NCBI GenBank assembly: GCA_028534125.1
Contig: CM052817.1
Span: 18,602,001 to 18,666,000, forward strand
Source: Lama glama
Taxonomy: Eukaryota
Reading direction: 5' to 3'
DNA: 64,000 nt
Position 1 is the first letter of the stretch. Every line of letters starts with the position of its first letter. The notes beneath the pieces are model-generated. The model was given only the letters and a program-made list of their open reading frames with translations, did no database searches and was not told the origin of the DNA. Positions 25,086 to 38,440 of this stretch are shown here, piece by piece. Position numbers and translations under genes: made by a program.

Positions 25086-26261
25086 AACAGAATATGTATT
25101 TTTGGAATATAAGTTATTTTTCAGGAGATTTTTTTTTCTGGTTTACCACCAAAACCTTCTTTTGGACAGCAAATATAAACTGTTGAGCACATGTCTGTGC
25201 TTATTTCTTGAGGAAGCTGAGCTTGTTTCTTGTGATTTTAACACATTCTGGGCTTTGGGTTTGTCGTTTGCCTGTGTAACGTTTATAAGTAAGGACTAAC
25301 CCTTTTGGATCTGGTCACATGAAGGCATATGGGTTTACTCTCTAGTAGCTCAAAGCCCATCATGACTTAGACAGTTGAACATGCTCATACTGCTGTGGTA
25401 GGTGGCTAGGTAGATGGGGAACCAAATCTGAGATTGTGTGGTTCTAAGACACAACTTCCACTGTGGGAACAAAACTGCAGGAAATAAAAATTTTGAAAGA
25501 TGATTGCAATAATCCAAGACCATATAAAAAAACTGACCAGCACACAGGAGTCCCAGTGTTAGAATTTCACAGCAACTAGGGGATGCAGAGATAAATAAGA
25601 CAGACTTTCTAAGCTCAAAGACAGATTGAGACAATAAACAGCAATTTCAAATATTATTAATATTCTCTGATCATAATGAAACCAAAGATACAAAGGATGT
25701 GGGTAATAATAATAAAATAATAATAGTAACAGAAATTAGTATATGATTAGCTACCATAAATGAGCATTATGGAAAATGTAACAAGAAGAAATTGTTTTTC
25801 TCTAGTGTGAGTAAATGGTTATCATCAGGCTTGGGTCCTGCACAATTCTAGATTTCTCTAAGTAAAGATGATCTCAGATTTCCTGTTGCAACACTATTTC
25901 CATAGACATGATGGAGCTAAGATGGATGAAAATGATGTGTTCTAGAGGCTAATTGTCATTCTTGTCAACTGTGTAACGCTTGATATGGGACTGGACTTAG
26001 CCTGGGGTAGCTTTGATTTGTAACTGGAATAACATAAAAGACAGGTGGGAAACCAAGGCAATGGCTTCTGTATGTCAAGGTGAGTCACAAACTTGGATTT
26101 CATCCCTGACAAGCACACATTTCCTTTGGATGCATTGGGCAGGGTGGAGTAGGGTGAGAAAGTTGTGTATGAGTACCTGCTGAATCTCCCAAGGAGATAA
26201 AAAGAGCTGAATTGCTTATTCTGTATTCTTCCATAAAGCTCAGTCAATATGCTTGTGAATT

Positions 26262-27117
26262 AAAACAGGCACTTGAAAAGATGCTCAACATCGCTTATCA
26301 TCAGGGAAATGCAAATCAAACACACAGTGAGATACAGCCTCATACCTGTCAGAATAACTATCATCAAAAAGAGCACAAATAACAAATGTTGGCAAGGATA
26401 TGGAGAAAAGGGAACCCTAATTCACTGTTGGTGGGAATGCAGCCACTGTGAAAAATGGTAGGGAGGTCTCTAAAGAAACTAAAAATAGAACTGCCATAAG
26501 ACCCAGCAATTCCCCTCCTGGCTATATATGCAAAAAAACAAAAATACTAATTCAAAAAGATAAAAGAACCCCAATGTTCATAGCAGCATTATTTACAGTA
26601 GCCAAGATACAGAAGCAATCTAAGTCTCCATTAACACATGAAGGGATAAAAAAAGATGCGGTGTATGTGTATATACATTTATATTTATATTTATATTTAT
26701 ATACACACCACAATGGGATACTACTCAACCATAAAAAAGAGCAAAATGTTGCCATTTGCAGCAATGTGGGTGGAGCTGGAGGGTACTATGTTAAATGAAA
26801 TAAGTCAGACTAAGGCAAATACTGTATGATGTAACTTATATGTGAAATCTAAAAAAAAAAATACAACAAACTTGTGAATATAACAAAAAAGAAGCAGACT
26901 CACAGATATAGAGAAAAAACTAGTGATTACCAGTGGGGGTGGGAGGGGCAATGTAGGGGTGGAGGAATGGGAAGTACAAACTTTTGGGTGTAAGGTATGC
27001 TCAAGGATGTGTTGTACAACACAGGGAATGCAGCCAATGTTTGTGATAACTATAAATGGAAAGTAACCTTTAAATATTTTATAAATGTTTTTAAAAAGAT
27101 CAAACTCTTAAAAAAAG
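26262..27117 (+). mobile_element. 5'-truncated L1: ORF2 C-terminus and 3'UTR
   Basis: ORF 26273-26461 '[15 protein letters not shown]...[20 protein letters not shown]' and 26448-26798 'TPMFIAALFTVAK' are frameshifted L1 ORF2p C-terminal motifs; the 3'UTR matches 2414-2872. Confidence 0.92.
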
Positions 27118-30100
27118 CCCCATTACATCTCCTTACTGTTATTACTAGCATGAGCCTGTGGTGTTTTGGTGAGCTTTTATGACCAAAGTGGATCTGGAGA
27201 TCTTGAGAAGCAGATGGAAACATTGCATGTAGGTGTAACAGTATGCATTTTAGACTATAAGGTGGTGAGGGTAGCGATGCACGGACATGTTGGGGAAAGA
27301 GTGGCTGGAGTGGAATGGTCATGAAATGGTACCACAGCTGTCCACATGCACAAATGTCAGCTGGAGGAGATGGAAGGGGCTGCAGGGGTGGGTGGAGGAT
27401 GGGATGTGGGTGAGAAAGTGTAGAAAGAAGGCCAAGCATGACAAGAGCCAGGAAAATGTATGGTGAGTTTGAAGAAGGATGTAAGAAAATCAAGTGTCAT
27501 TAAATGGCAAGGCCTTTTATTGGAAGATTTTGGCGTCAGTTCACAGGTCATTAAGTGAGCATTTTTCTGGATATCCTGGGTAAATTATATGTCTTTTTGT
27601 CTCTATGATTTCTAGATTTCAACTTGAACAATTCTACTATAGTTTCTCAGGTATAATAAATCAAGAGAAATCAGTGAGGATTTTTATCTTTGTTCTTGAA
27701 TGCAGAAATGACAATTTTATGCAATATTATTTCACTCAAAATTCCCCTCTTGCACTTGAATGTCTGTAACTCCTAATTTTCTTAATTACTTCTGAAGCAT
27801 TGGTGGTTAAAGGAGGGTTCTAAGACTCTGACAAATGACTGAAAGTAAGGGAAACCCTGGGTTAGGAGTGGGACTTATCCTAGTGATTAGCAAACACATG
27901 CTTATAAATCATTAGAGACTGCTGCTCTGAGTTTTCTTCTTTGATAATAAATAGATGTGTTATGCAGCTTGTTAAAGCTACTCTAACATTTGGATTAGTT
28001 CCCACACATCTTTTGGGCCACAGGGACATGAAACAGAAACAGAGGCAAGATTTTAGTCCATCATCCATAATTAATTAGCTGTCTTTTGGAGGAAGTTCTT
28101 TCAACTCTCTGGGATTCTTTTTGTTCATCTGAAAAGCAGGGATAGAATAAACCCTCAAAGTGAGATAATGGATGTAAAAGCCCACATTGCCTTGGCTGGA
28201 GTAATGTATTATATAAATATGTTGTCTCTAGAACAACAGTTACATCACCTTCCATCTTAAAATAAAATCAGTTCCACAATTTTATCCAGTGATCTATACA
28301 TATGCAAACACACACACACACATTTGTTATTTTGACTAATTCAATTTGATGCTTTTTTATATTAAATACACTAATTGGTTGATTTTTTAATATTGTATCT
28401 TTAAAAAGCACAAACTTTTTTTCTTCTTCCCTGTATATGAATTAGAGGATTTTCTCTAGGGAAACAGTTTAACTGCAGATATTCAAGGTAATTGTTTTCA
28501 GCTTGGGGCATGAGGTTGGTTTAGTAACCTGCATATAGATTTTGAGCTGTTTCATTTGTTATGTGTTTATGTCTTTCATTGTAGCAATCTAATAAAAATT
28601 ACAATAGGGCATAATGCGCTGGCATGACTTGTTTAGGAAATTATGAAATTTTGATTGATCTGAATTTTAATTTTTATACTCACATCTTATGATTAGACCA
28701 GCACTTTAAATTCTATAGCATGTTCGTATATGGCTTATAAGCAGGAGCAGATGCTTTCTCTCAAGTCTTGTCTGTTGAAGCAAATACTTACTTGGCCTGT
28801 GTTTAGAATGAGAGTCCTGAAGCACACTCCAAATCTCTGAACATGGAATGTTCTAGCTCATTCTCAGGTTTCTTCACTGCCTGAACTCCAAAATTTCTGG
28901 CAGCCTACTGGGGACTATGGGATTAGAAGTGAATACAGTGGAACTGGGCATAATTCAGGGTAAACCAGGTATATCCATTGTGTAATTGCTTTAAACACAA
29001 GACAGACTGTGTGTGCTGGATGGATTTGTCTAAGAACCAGGCTGTACAATAGGAGGCTAGTGTTACTTGTTCAGGACAAAGAAATGACAATATTAAAATA
29101 ATTACTTTAGTATCTCTCTGTGAAGGAAAAAGGACAAGATACCACTTGGCTGGTAAGCTTTCATAAGCTTATGAAAGGATTATTATCATTTTTATAGGAC
29201 CAGGAAATCATAAATAAAGATTTAAGTCAACTATTGACTATCATCTGAGAGGTCCAGATAGAACCACGTTGAGGGTGAGGGTTTTTAAGCAACAGAAATT
29301 ATGAAAACAATCAAAGCGACCTATATTTAGATTTTAATTGTCTCACCTGTGCCTAGATACCCTAATTTCAGAGTGTTATATCTTTGTATTTGGAGGCTGA
29401 GGAGAGAATAAATTATTTGGTTTTGATATTCCTCAGGAGACAATTCTGCAGTTAATTCACCACTTTTCACTGCAACATTTGCTCTGTTTGGGGTGAACAG
29501 AATTAAAAACATTTCTTGTAAGACATATGGAGAGTAGGTGTGAAGCAATTCTCACTCTATTAACACGTTTCTTGACAGATTCTCGCATTGGTCAAGAGAT
29601 GGTAACAATTTTCAGGGAACTGAGATGTACGTACCCTGGAGGTGATGCATGTTCTAGAGAGGGTTCAGGAAAAGCTCGAGAGTTACATGAACTTCTCTTT
29701 AAATAACTCGAATCATTGTCAAAAGAATGTGACTTACTTAGACGGTGATGGGAAGTAAATAGCAAAAAAAAAAAAAAAAGTTTTACATCATGAATTAATG
29801 CCAATATTAAGAGGCTGAACTGAGAGGATGTTTCTCATAAACAGAATTGTAAAAATGTTTATCTCTGATGTGATGAGCATCTTTAATATAACACAGTGAA
29901 ATGCAACATCTTACTCAGGAAAATAGATTGTTTTGTCTCTGCTTCTCCTACTGTCACCTTTGTTGTGCAGCCCAGACTATGGTTTAAAAAGACGAAGGCA
30001 GAACAAACCATTCCCACCCAACAGAATATTCCAGTGCTGAATACTTTTTTAAAATATGTGCTTCTTTTCTCATGAACTCTCAAATATTCATCTGGAGCCA

Positions 30101-31344
30101 AAGTATATGAACGTAACAGGAGGCAGTTTTTAAAGGCATATGGAATTTCATAGCAATTTTTTTTCCTTTGGGACCAGCTTTGATAAAATATAAGACAGCT
30201 GCAGATTGGTAATTTTGCACATAAAATGGCTGCAGGTTGGTAAAAATAGAAATTGGGGAAAGTGAACCATTTGCCAAAGGCCTTTTTCATTGTTTTCCTT
30301 CTTGCTGCTGAGTGGCTATCATCACTGATTTGGTAGAAGCCCCTGCACTTTTAGGTGATACATTCCACCTTCCAGTAAGCCAAGTCTGTAAGACTAAATC
30401 TGTTTTTGTCCACCATTTCGTATAACCTCCCTAGTTTCAAAAAAAAAAAAATTCTTCTTCCTGGTAGCTCTGTATTAGTAGCTTAAACTCTGCCATAGAC
30501 CCATTGGATTAAAAACAGCTGGATAATTCAGACTGTTTCACTCTTTTTAGTTGAAGAGGCGAGAGGGTGGACAAGCACCCAACACATGTACTTGACAGGT
30601 TTAGGGATAGGAAGTGGTTTGCAGAGGACACGTTGATAAAGTGCGTATTAGCTTCGCGAACAGTCATGGAAAACAGAATCTGCTTTTACCTGAACTCAAA
30701 GAGTTGTTAGAGAAACAGATCAAATGTGCAGGCAAATAAAAGGAAGCTCCTAAAATTGTAACTTTGTCTGCGACGTTTACAGAAGAAGTGACCTGCTGTG
30801 TGAGATGTCACTGAAACTTGTTAAACTGGGATTTACCTTGGATTTCAAATCAGTTATTTTTCTTTGCCATGGTTTTGCCATCGAGATAATGGATGAAATA
30901 TTCATTTAAGCTCCCTTTGTATCTTAATAATTGGTACTAAACGTGTTTGGACTCCTAATCTGTCCCAAAATCATGGTTCTGGGATGAGAGAGATGAGTGG
31001 TAAAGACAGGAAAGCTAGCGGTTAGAATGAACTTCTCACTCTCAACAAATTTCTCCTTTATCTCTAATAGCTTTCAGTAGTGTTCTACCTGGTACATGTT
31101 AGTTAACAATAACAGTTGTGCACCTTACAATAAATAGTCTTATTCTGATCTTCAAATCCCGATCTTTTCTTTTGATTGATTTCTTGATTGAAACTTTATT
31201 TTTCTTCAAATGGTGACATTTTAAAATTATGGTAATATGAAAATGTACAAAAAGAAAGTGTCAATCATTCAATAATTTGCTATCCTGAAATGAACCATAA
31301 TTTACATTAAAGTGTTTCTTTCCTCCCTGCCTTAATTTAGATGA

Positions 31345-31595
31345 TATTTTTTTCAAACTATGGCTTCTAACTTACTAAGGATGGTACTAAATTAAGTTTG
31401 TGGGCAACCAACATTAAAACAATAAAATAGAACAGAAGAGAAAATTCATTGCATATAGCATGGGTACATGTACTCATGAAAATTTTGTTTTAATTGCTTG
31501 TGTGTGTGTGTATGTATTTGTGTGTGTACTGTTTGGTATAAATTTTATTTCTTCCTACGGTTAATAGTCAAATAAATTTTGTAAGATAATGACTT
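31345..31595. mobile_element. hAT-Charlie MER112/MER113-like remnant
   Basis: 'aaaatagaacagaagagaaaattcattgcatatagc...gaaaattttgttttaatt(gt)n...atttcttcctacggttaatagtcaaataaattttg'. Confidence 0.55.
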
Positions 31596-32069
31596 AGGCA
31601 ATGGATGGAAGTCAATCTGAATCCAAAAGAGCAAAACTGGAGACAATTGCATATAATTACGGTTGAAAATGAGACAAAATCAGGGGCCAGGAAGGAAAGG
31701 GAGAGCAAGGGTGAGATGGAGAATGAGAACAAAGAGAAAGGAACAGAGATAATGGAGCCCTACTTAAGGGCTGTTGCTGAAAACAGTCCTTTGCCTTAGA
31801 ATCATTTCTCATGCTAGATAGCCCGTTCGGATGAGCATCTGAGGCCTGAGACAGGTACTGAAAGTGGGGTGTATGTACTACAAGAGCAGGGACAGCCTTT
31901 AAAACAGATGAAATGGGCATGACCTGGGATGTATGGTTTTAGCAAGCTCTCCCTGGCTAAGAATCCTCTCCAGGAAGATGGCGCGATGAAATTCTCGCTA
32001 AGTTTCATTCCCTTTTTAAAGCTTTAGGAAATGTGCATACTTCCCCATCAGGTCACATTTAAAGTTCAT

Positions 32070-32195
32070 AGCAATCATCTATCTCCCTGATTGAGCCATT
32101 TCACCTGCCTGGGACTCAGCTTTTCCATGATGAAACTAAGATGTTGGTTGAGATCACCTCAAAATTCCCTTCTAACTCTGATATTATGTGATTTA
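32070..32195 (+). mobile_element. MIR3 3' part
   Basis: 'ttggttgagatcacctcaaaattcccttctaactctgatattatgtgatt'. Confidence 0.65.
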
Positions 32196-32369
32196 TATGT
32201 GAGATGACCAATGAAACAATAAAAAAAGAGATTTTGATAGGAATAAAGTGGTAGCCAGCTGGAGGTAAAAACACATGTGTAAGTGGGAAGATACTGCAGT
32301 TCAGAGTTCAAAACACATTTCCAAATTCAAAAATTCTCCAAGGACTGATTGAAGGGAAGGAAATTACAA

Positions 32370-32920
32370 TACTAGCATAACTTTTGATTGTTTGCTGTTT
32401 GCCAGATGCCATACTTAGCTCTTAACTGTTTTTCATTCAGTCTGTGTGATAACTTCTATAGTGTACACCATATTAGCTACAGGTGACTCAGTGACTCATT
32501 AACAGAATCAGAAACCAAACCTAGCTTTGTCTACCATAAATCCTGTATTTTTCACTGGTGTAAACTGCCAAGTCAATATTTTGAAACGTATTTAAGATTA
32601 GATTTTATATTGTTGAAAATCTGTACTGATAATCTCAATATTCTGATTTTTAAAGCACATGCTGTATAAAGGGAATATATAAGGTCTGGTGTAATATGAA
32701 GCATATAGAGTACAGAGTCAGAAAATATGGATTCTAACATCCTTATGATAGGGAGAGCTTTGTCGAACTGCATAAACCCCTGAAGTATAGTTTATCTTTG
32801 AAACACATTAAGAAACATTTCTAGTCACCTGTTCTTCATGCCTCAGGTCTGTAACTAGGATAAAACAAATAAATCTACTTGAAAACATTTTGTAAATTAT
32901 AAAGCAATGAATAAATGAAT
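32370..32920. mobile_element. Two MIR remnants (about 32370-32560 on -, about 32690-32920 on +)
   Basis: 'tgccagatgccatacttagctc...cagaatcagaaaccaaacctag' and 'gagtacagagtcagaaaatatggattctaac...gaaaacattttgtaaattataaagc'. Confidence 0.5.
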
Positions 32921-33669
32921 AATATATTTAATTTATCCTTGGATTTATCCATTCCCTGAACAAGAGAGGGGCTTTTTAAAAATGATGCTCTGTAAACTAT
33001 TAAGTTTTTTATGATAAATTTTGCATCAGCATAAAGAAATAATAAAAATGATGTTAATTGTTAAAGTTGAAAAATAGTGACATCAGAAAAATCCAAGGGA
33101 GAAACACAGGGTTGTCTGAGAAGGGTTGCCCAATAGGATGTACTCCAAAGTCAAAAGTCCAAACACAATGAGACGCTGGACCACCTGAAATGGAAGATTG
33201 AGATCAGGTGACTTGGATGGCTGATGACAGAGGTAGTTTTGACAAAAGACAAGCAACATAAAAGATCGTTGAATCAAAGCAGGAACTGTTTCTTCTCAAA
33301 GATGAGGTACAATGGCATTTTGAGCATGAAAAATGTGGTTGCTGTTATGTGAAAAGAAATCCATAAAGGCCTTTAAGCCAACAGTGATATTGTAGGACAG
33401 GAGTGAAACAAGTTAGCGAGTTTTATTGTAAGAGGTTTGGAAAAGGAAATCAATGTTTTCTTATCAAGGGCTGGTTCTCCCTCCTTTGAATTCTGTGTGA
33501 AGTCATCTGTAGAAACTCTTTCCAGGGTTGTAAGAAAGAAATCAGGCTTCAGGTGCCTGTACCGGTGAAAAGTTGGGCAAGTTTCAGCTTTTTGTCGCTC
33601 AAAGTGCATGTTGCCTTGAGTGTTCTGAACACTGAAGTAAGGGCTTGGCGATATGGGCAATGTACTGAC

Positions 33670-34085
33670 AGCATTTTCTGGAAGCCACTAAGAAATAGAC
33701 CCCAAATCTCAGCTGATTAACAAAATAAAAGTTTGCTTCTCGTTTCCATCACAACTTAGGGCAGTAGGGAGGAGGGGTGCACGTGGTTTCCAGTCACACA
33801 GTTATTCACAGTCTAGGGGTCTTCCAACTAGGGGCCCTGCAGTCTTCCAGAGTTTCACAGTCTTCCGGATCCAGGGCACCTAGCTGGTTCATGAGCCAAG
33901 ACAGATTGGCGGAATTGTGCAGGAATTTTATGGCTAAGTTCTCGAAGAACCTCAACACTTCTGTCTATATACCATTAGCTGAAAATCAACCACAAGACTG
34001 CATCTTAGTGTCAGGAAGCACTGGAAATGTAGTCTAAGCGTCTGTCCTGGAAGAAAAAGACAACTCACATTTGGTAAGAATCGCA
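33670..34085 (-). mobile_element. Old MLT1 (J/K-like) LTR
   Basis: 'agaccccaaatctcagctgattaacaaaataaaagtttgcttctc...cacttctgtctatataccattagctgaaaatc...ctggaaatgtagtcta'. Confidence 0.7.
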
Positions 34086-35424
34086 GTCATTCAATAATTA
34101 TTAAACCATACTACTTCTCATAAGCTCACCTTGATATGCTTAATAAATACATATGTGTGTGTATGTGTATAATATATACATATATATGTAAAATATATTC
34201 ATGCACATTTGCACATATAAATATAAGAACACATCCATATCATATTTCCATTGCTTTGCCTGGCAATTTCAAGCTATTCTGTCAAAAACTTACCCTCAGA
34301 CAAACCATTTTTGCACACAGACTTATCCATTTTTTTCATTTCATATTAGAAGTAAACACACTTTATTTAAATTTCACTAGATTGCATTGACCGTAGGAAA
34401 AGGTAACTCACAGGTTGCACTTACTTTAATTTGCTCAGCAAATTAAGCTACAGTATTCTATAAGGGGATTTATCTTCCACATTACTTAAAATTCTATTTA
34501 TTTTAACTCAAGAAATCAACAAAGTATTATTGTACACATTGGTCTCCCAAACACTAAAGGACAATTAAAAAATACGTGCTGGCCTGAACATTTTTGAAAT
34601 GAGTGATTCTGTGAACATTTTTAAATGCTATCTATGTATCAGCAGAAACACATTTCCCTGTCCTGCGAGGTTCCCCGTACGGCAGGTCATTTTCACGTTG
34701 CATACAACATATTTTGACTGTTGCTATTGGATTCACCTTGTTGTGCTGAAAGCCTCATGTGTTTGAGTATAAAAATAATTGAATTTTAGTGAACTAAAGT
34801 ACTGACCTTAATTTTTTTTTAGGAAGTTACAGGTATCATGAATAAAACTGCACATACAACAGACTCTTGAAATCTCAAAATTGTAAAGTTAGTTTAAAAG
34901 AGCGGGAAGGAAGTGTAAGCTTTAGAAAAAATATATAATGTTAACTCCCTGATTTGGCTACCAGGTAAGTAAGCTGCACACATGGAACTCTTATTTATAC
35001 TGAATTTCCCCTTTTCTTCCTGTATTTAGAGAGAAAGAGAGGAGAGAGGGAGAGGGAGAGAAAGCGATATTCACAAGAGGATAGAAGATAGCAAAATAGA
35101 AATCTGGGCCTGTATCATAGCCCAATCAACTGCCTTCTTCCTCTCTTATGGAAGAAAAGGTCAAATGGATGAATATACAGTTACTTTTCCCCTGGGAGTG
35201 ACTCTATTTACTCATCCCTTATGATGATCTAACCCTGGGAATGAGTGAGGATGCTGCTGTTACGATCAGTCCCAGTATTTTTCAAGTCTAAGAGACATCA
35301 GGCCAATACCTGAAACTTAGTAGGGTAAGTCATGTTATTATGCCCTGATTTGATATAGCTAGTCAATTTGATTGTGGCTGAAAGAAATGCACTTTGTGTG
35401 TTCATTTATTTGAATGACCTAGAC

Positions 35425-35635
35425 TAATGTTTCTCAACCAGGCATGTTTTTTTTCCTCCCCCAGGGGAAATTTCTGGAGACATTTGTGGTTGCTAAGACT
35501 GGAGGGGGTTGCTTCTGGAGTCTAGTGGGTTGAGGCCAGGGATACAGTTCATCATCCTACAATATGCAGGACAGTTCTTCACACCAAAGAATTACCTGAC
35601 CCCCAAAGTATATATACCAAGGTTGAAAAACCTTG
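35425..35635. mobile_element. MER20 hAT-Charlie DNA transposon
   Basis: 'tttctcaacc...tctggagacatttgtggttg...ctagtgggttgaggccagggatac...catcctacaatatgcaggacag...aaggttgaaaaaccttg'. Confidence 0.88.
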
Positions 35636-35709
35636 ACTTATAACTATAGTCATTCATATACATAATATAGAAAAGAGTACCTATTTTTTTTTAACTTCAA
35701 TCATTTTAT

Positions 35710-35985
35710 TTTAGGTCTGTGAAGACATTTTTAAGTATAAATGTAGAAGGAAGCATAAAATAGAAGACAATTCAAATTTCACTAAGTAAAAGTGTAAAAT
35801 ATTCTGAATGTCAAAAAATACTATTATCAAAGTTAAGTAACAAATGAGGGAAAATATATGTACAAGTGACGAAGGTTAATATCTTAATATAGACAGAGCT
35901 TATGGGGATTATTGAAAAAAAAAAAAGACAAAACTCTAAGAGAAAAATGAGCCAAGGACCTAAGAGGCATTTAAAAGAGTCCCTA
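35710..35985 (+). mobile_element. Old L1 ORF2 fragment
   Basis: 'gacgaaggttaatatcttaatatagacagagctt...gaaaaatgagccaaggacctaagaggcattt'. Confidence 0.6.
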
Positions 35986-36949
35986 TTTTATGTAAGGAGG
36001 ATTAAAAATCAGAGTTGAGTATCAATTTATCAGCTCCTGCTTCTGTTGTGAAACAGTTGTGGTTATGCACTGGAACTGGACCTCATTTCTCCCTTGCTCT
36101 AATCCCTACCACAGAGAACACATTATCTATCATTTCTCTTTTTTTTGCTCTGTTTATTTTGGACTGTCAACTTCTACACACTCCCTATGCTTGACCCTCC
36201 TGGCACCAGTCCCTCTCACAGGTGCGCTGGTCCCGTATTGTCCTAATTGGATCATCGGCCCTTCCAGGCAGGACAGACATAACTCAGAAGAGTGAAGGCC
36301 CTGCAGGGTGAACTTGCACTCTCATTCCTCCAGTTTTCCTCCCAAAGTTCTCCAAGCTTATTTCATTCCATTGAGCAGCCACAGTCATGGGAGGACTGGG
36401 GAGACATCAGACAGGCCAGATGGCAATGCCTGTTCCCCTGGTTTCAGTTGTCACTTCCTGCTGTGTTTCCTAGGGCTTCATCACGGCTTGACATGTCTCA
36501 CCAGGGGCTCTGATTTGATTGGCTTGTAACCCTTCAATTCATTTATGAATGATGTACTTGTAACTCAGTATTAGTTCCTATGAACAACCTTGCCTTGTGA
36601 AGTTGGGCAGATTATCAGGCTGGAAGTCTGGTCTGAAACAAAATGGAAGTGTTCTATTTCAAAATTCATGGCTTTCTTTGTGTTATTGAGAGCCTGGAAA
36701 GTATTGGATCGAAAATGATCTTCTCTATTTTAATGTTGTAAAACTGTATATAGGTCAAGTAGTTGATTCAACTAGTTGAAGTCAACACCTATGAAATATT
36801 CCAGAAGGTAAATTTGAAAAGTGGGGAAGAACATGGATAATTATATTTGTGTCCAAATAATTACATAAACATAACTCATGCTTCTATCATATAGAAAGTC
36901 ACATCCGAAAAGTAACCAGAACCTGAGAATTGGCTTTTCATCTTTGGAG

Positions 36950-37370
36950 GAGGTAATATATTGAAAGAGGAACAAGATGTGGGCTCTGAAGTCAGACAAG
37001 GCTGACCTCAAGTCATATCTCTGCCATTACCTTTGCCTCTGTAATCTAGAGAAGGCTATTTAACCTCTGTGAGCTTCAGGCTCTGCATCTGTAAATCACA
37101 GAGGGTGACTCCAGACTCATAGTGTTGCAAGGATTATTACAGGGTTGCAAGGATTACAGTACACACACACACACACATATATATGTATATATACATGTCT
37201 GTAATATATATCTCCTACTATAATATTCATATACACACATATACATGTACATATATATGTAGATAATATTTATTTACATGTTTGTACACACACATATATG
37301 TATATATATAAGTAACAAGCCTTAGCTCAGACTTGATCTTATTTACAGATAAGAATTGGTTAATATTATT
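36950..37370 (+). mobile_element. MIR with embedded (CA)/(TA) microsatellite (about 37160-37310)
   Basis: 'gtgggctctgaagtcagac...ctatttaacctctgtgagcttcaggctctgcatctgtaaa'. Confidence 0.75.
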
Positions 37371-37673
37371 CTTCTAACTTGACCCCAGAGTTGTATATGA
37401 TACATACTACTTTGATAGCTGAAATATGTCTAAATGCTGAGAATGACCTCAACTTTAGGAGTTCAGGACCATGTTTCTGGTATAACTCAAGCCAACTGTG
37501 AGCTATAAAAATCATATAGGATCATCCACATAGAATTCCTTTGAAAAGCCTAATTCCTCGTGCTTATGCATTCATATGCATTTGTTTTTGTTATTCCTCA
37601 CTCCCTCTATCCCTATATTGTTTCCCTATTCTTAACAAAATGCTTCTGATTGATTGAAAAAAAAATTGGGTTT

Positions 37674-38080
37674 TGTTACAGGCTGAATTATACCCTCCAA
37701 AATTCATGTCTATAAGCCCTAACTCCAGAAGCTCAAGATGTGGCTGTATTTGGAAGTAGGACTTTTAACAAGTTGATTAAGTTAGAGTGAGGTCTGTAAG
37801 GTGGTTCCTAATTTAATCTGACTGATGTCCTTATAAGAAAAGAGAACTTGGTCACACAGAAAGAGACACCTGGGTTGCATGTACACAGAGAAAGAACCAT
37901 ATGAGGACACAAGAGACACTGGCTATCTGGAAGTTAAAGAGAAAGGTCTGAGAAGAAATGAACCCTGTCTCCACCTTGATCTTGAACTTCTAGTTTCAGA
38001 GCACCGAGAAAATACATTTCTGTTGTTTAAGCCACCAGTTCTGTGGTATTTTTTTATGGCATCTCTACCACACTAATATA
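37674..38080 (+). mobile_element. MLT1B-like MaLR solo LTR
   Basis: 'tgttacaggctgaatta...atttctgttgtttaagccaccagttctgtggtattt...ctaatata'; perfect 5-bp TSD GGTTT. Confidence 0.92.
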
Positions 38081-38229
38081 GGTTTCATGTGCCACTTCAA
38101 AATACTGCCTTACGGTTTCCAGAATGGCAGTTAGAAAGTGGTGATTTCTGGTTAGAGTTCTCAAATATAAAATCAGATCTTAAAATTTAGAAGAGATTAT
38201 GACTGACGTCAATTCATATGTTGCTTTCT

Positions 38230-38440
38230 CTACATCACTGTTTATTTTCATTGTAGTTTTTCATCACAATCTGAAATTTGATTCTTCCTTGATTTCTGTA
38301 ACTCCATCACACTAGAATATATGATCTTAATGAAGGGAGGGAGTATATAGTTTGTTCAATACTTTATCAGCCACATCAGGAGAGCACCTGGGGTAAAATA
38401 AGAGTGCAATAAAAAAACAGTTGAATTATCAGATGAAATC
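38230..38440 (+). mobile_element. L2 3' end
   Basis: 'cactagaatatatgatcttaatgaagggagggag...agagcacctggggtaaaataagagtgcaataaa'. Confidence 0.55.

Noticed and set aside
25870..26250. Possible old LTR fragment upstream of the L1
   Set aside because: Could not match it to a family with any confidence
29592..29804. CpG-containing stretch with short open frames on both strands
   Set aside because: No consistent splice-flanked open frame and no recognisable peptide
33373..33660. 95-aa minus ORF
   Set aside because: No recognisable domain, non-ATG start, length compatible with chance
38204..38211. Perfect CRE palindrome TGACGTCA
   Set aside because: Isolated 8-mer between repeats; about one is expected by chance in a window this size
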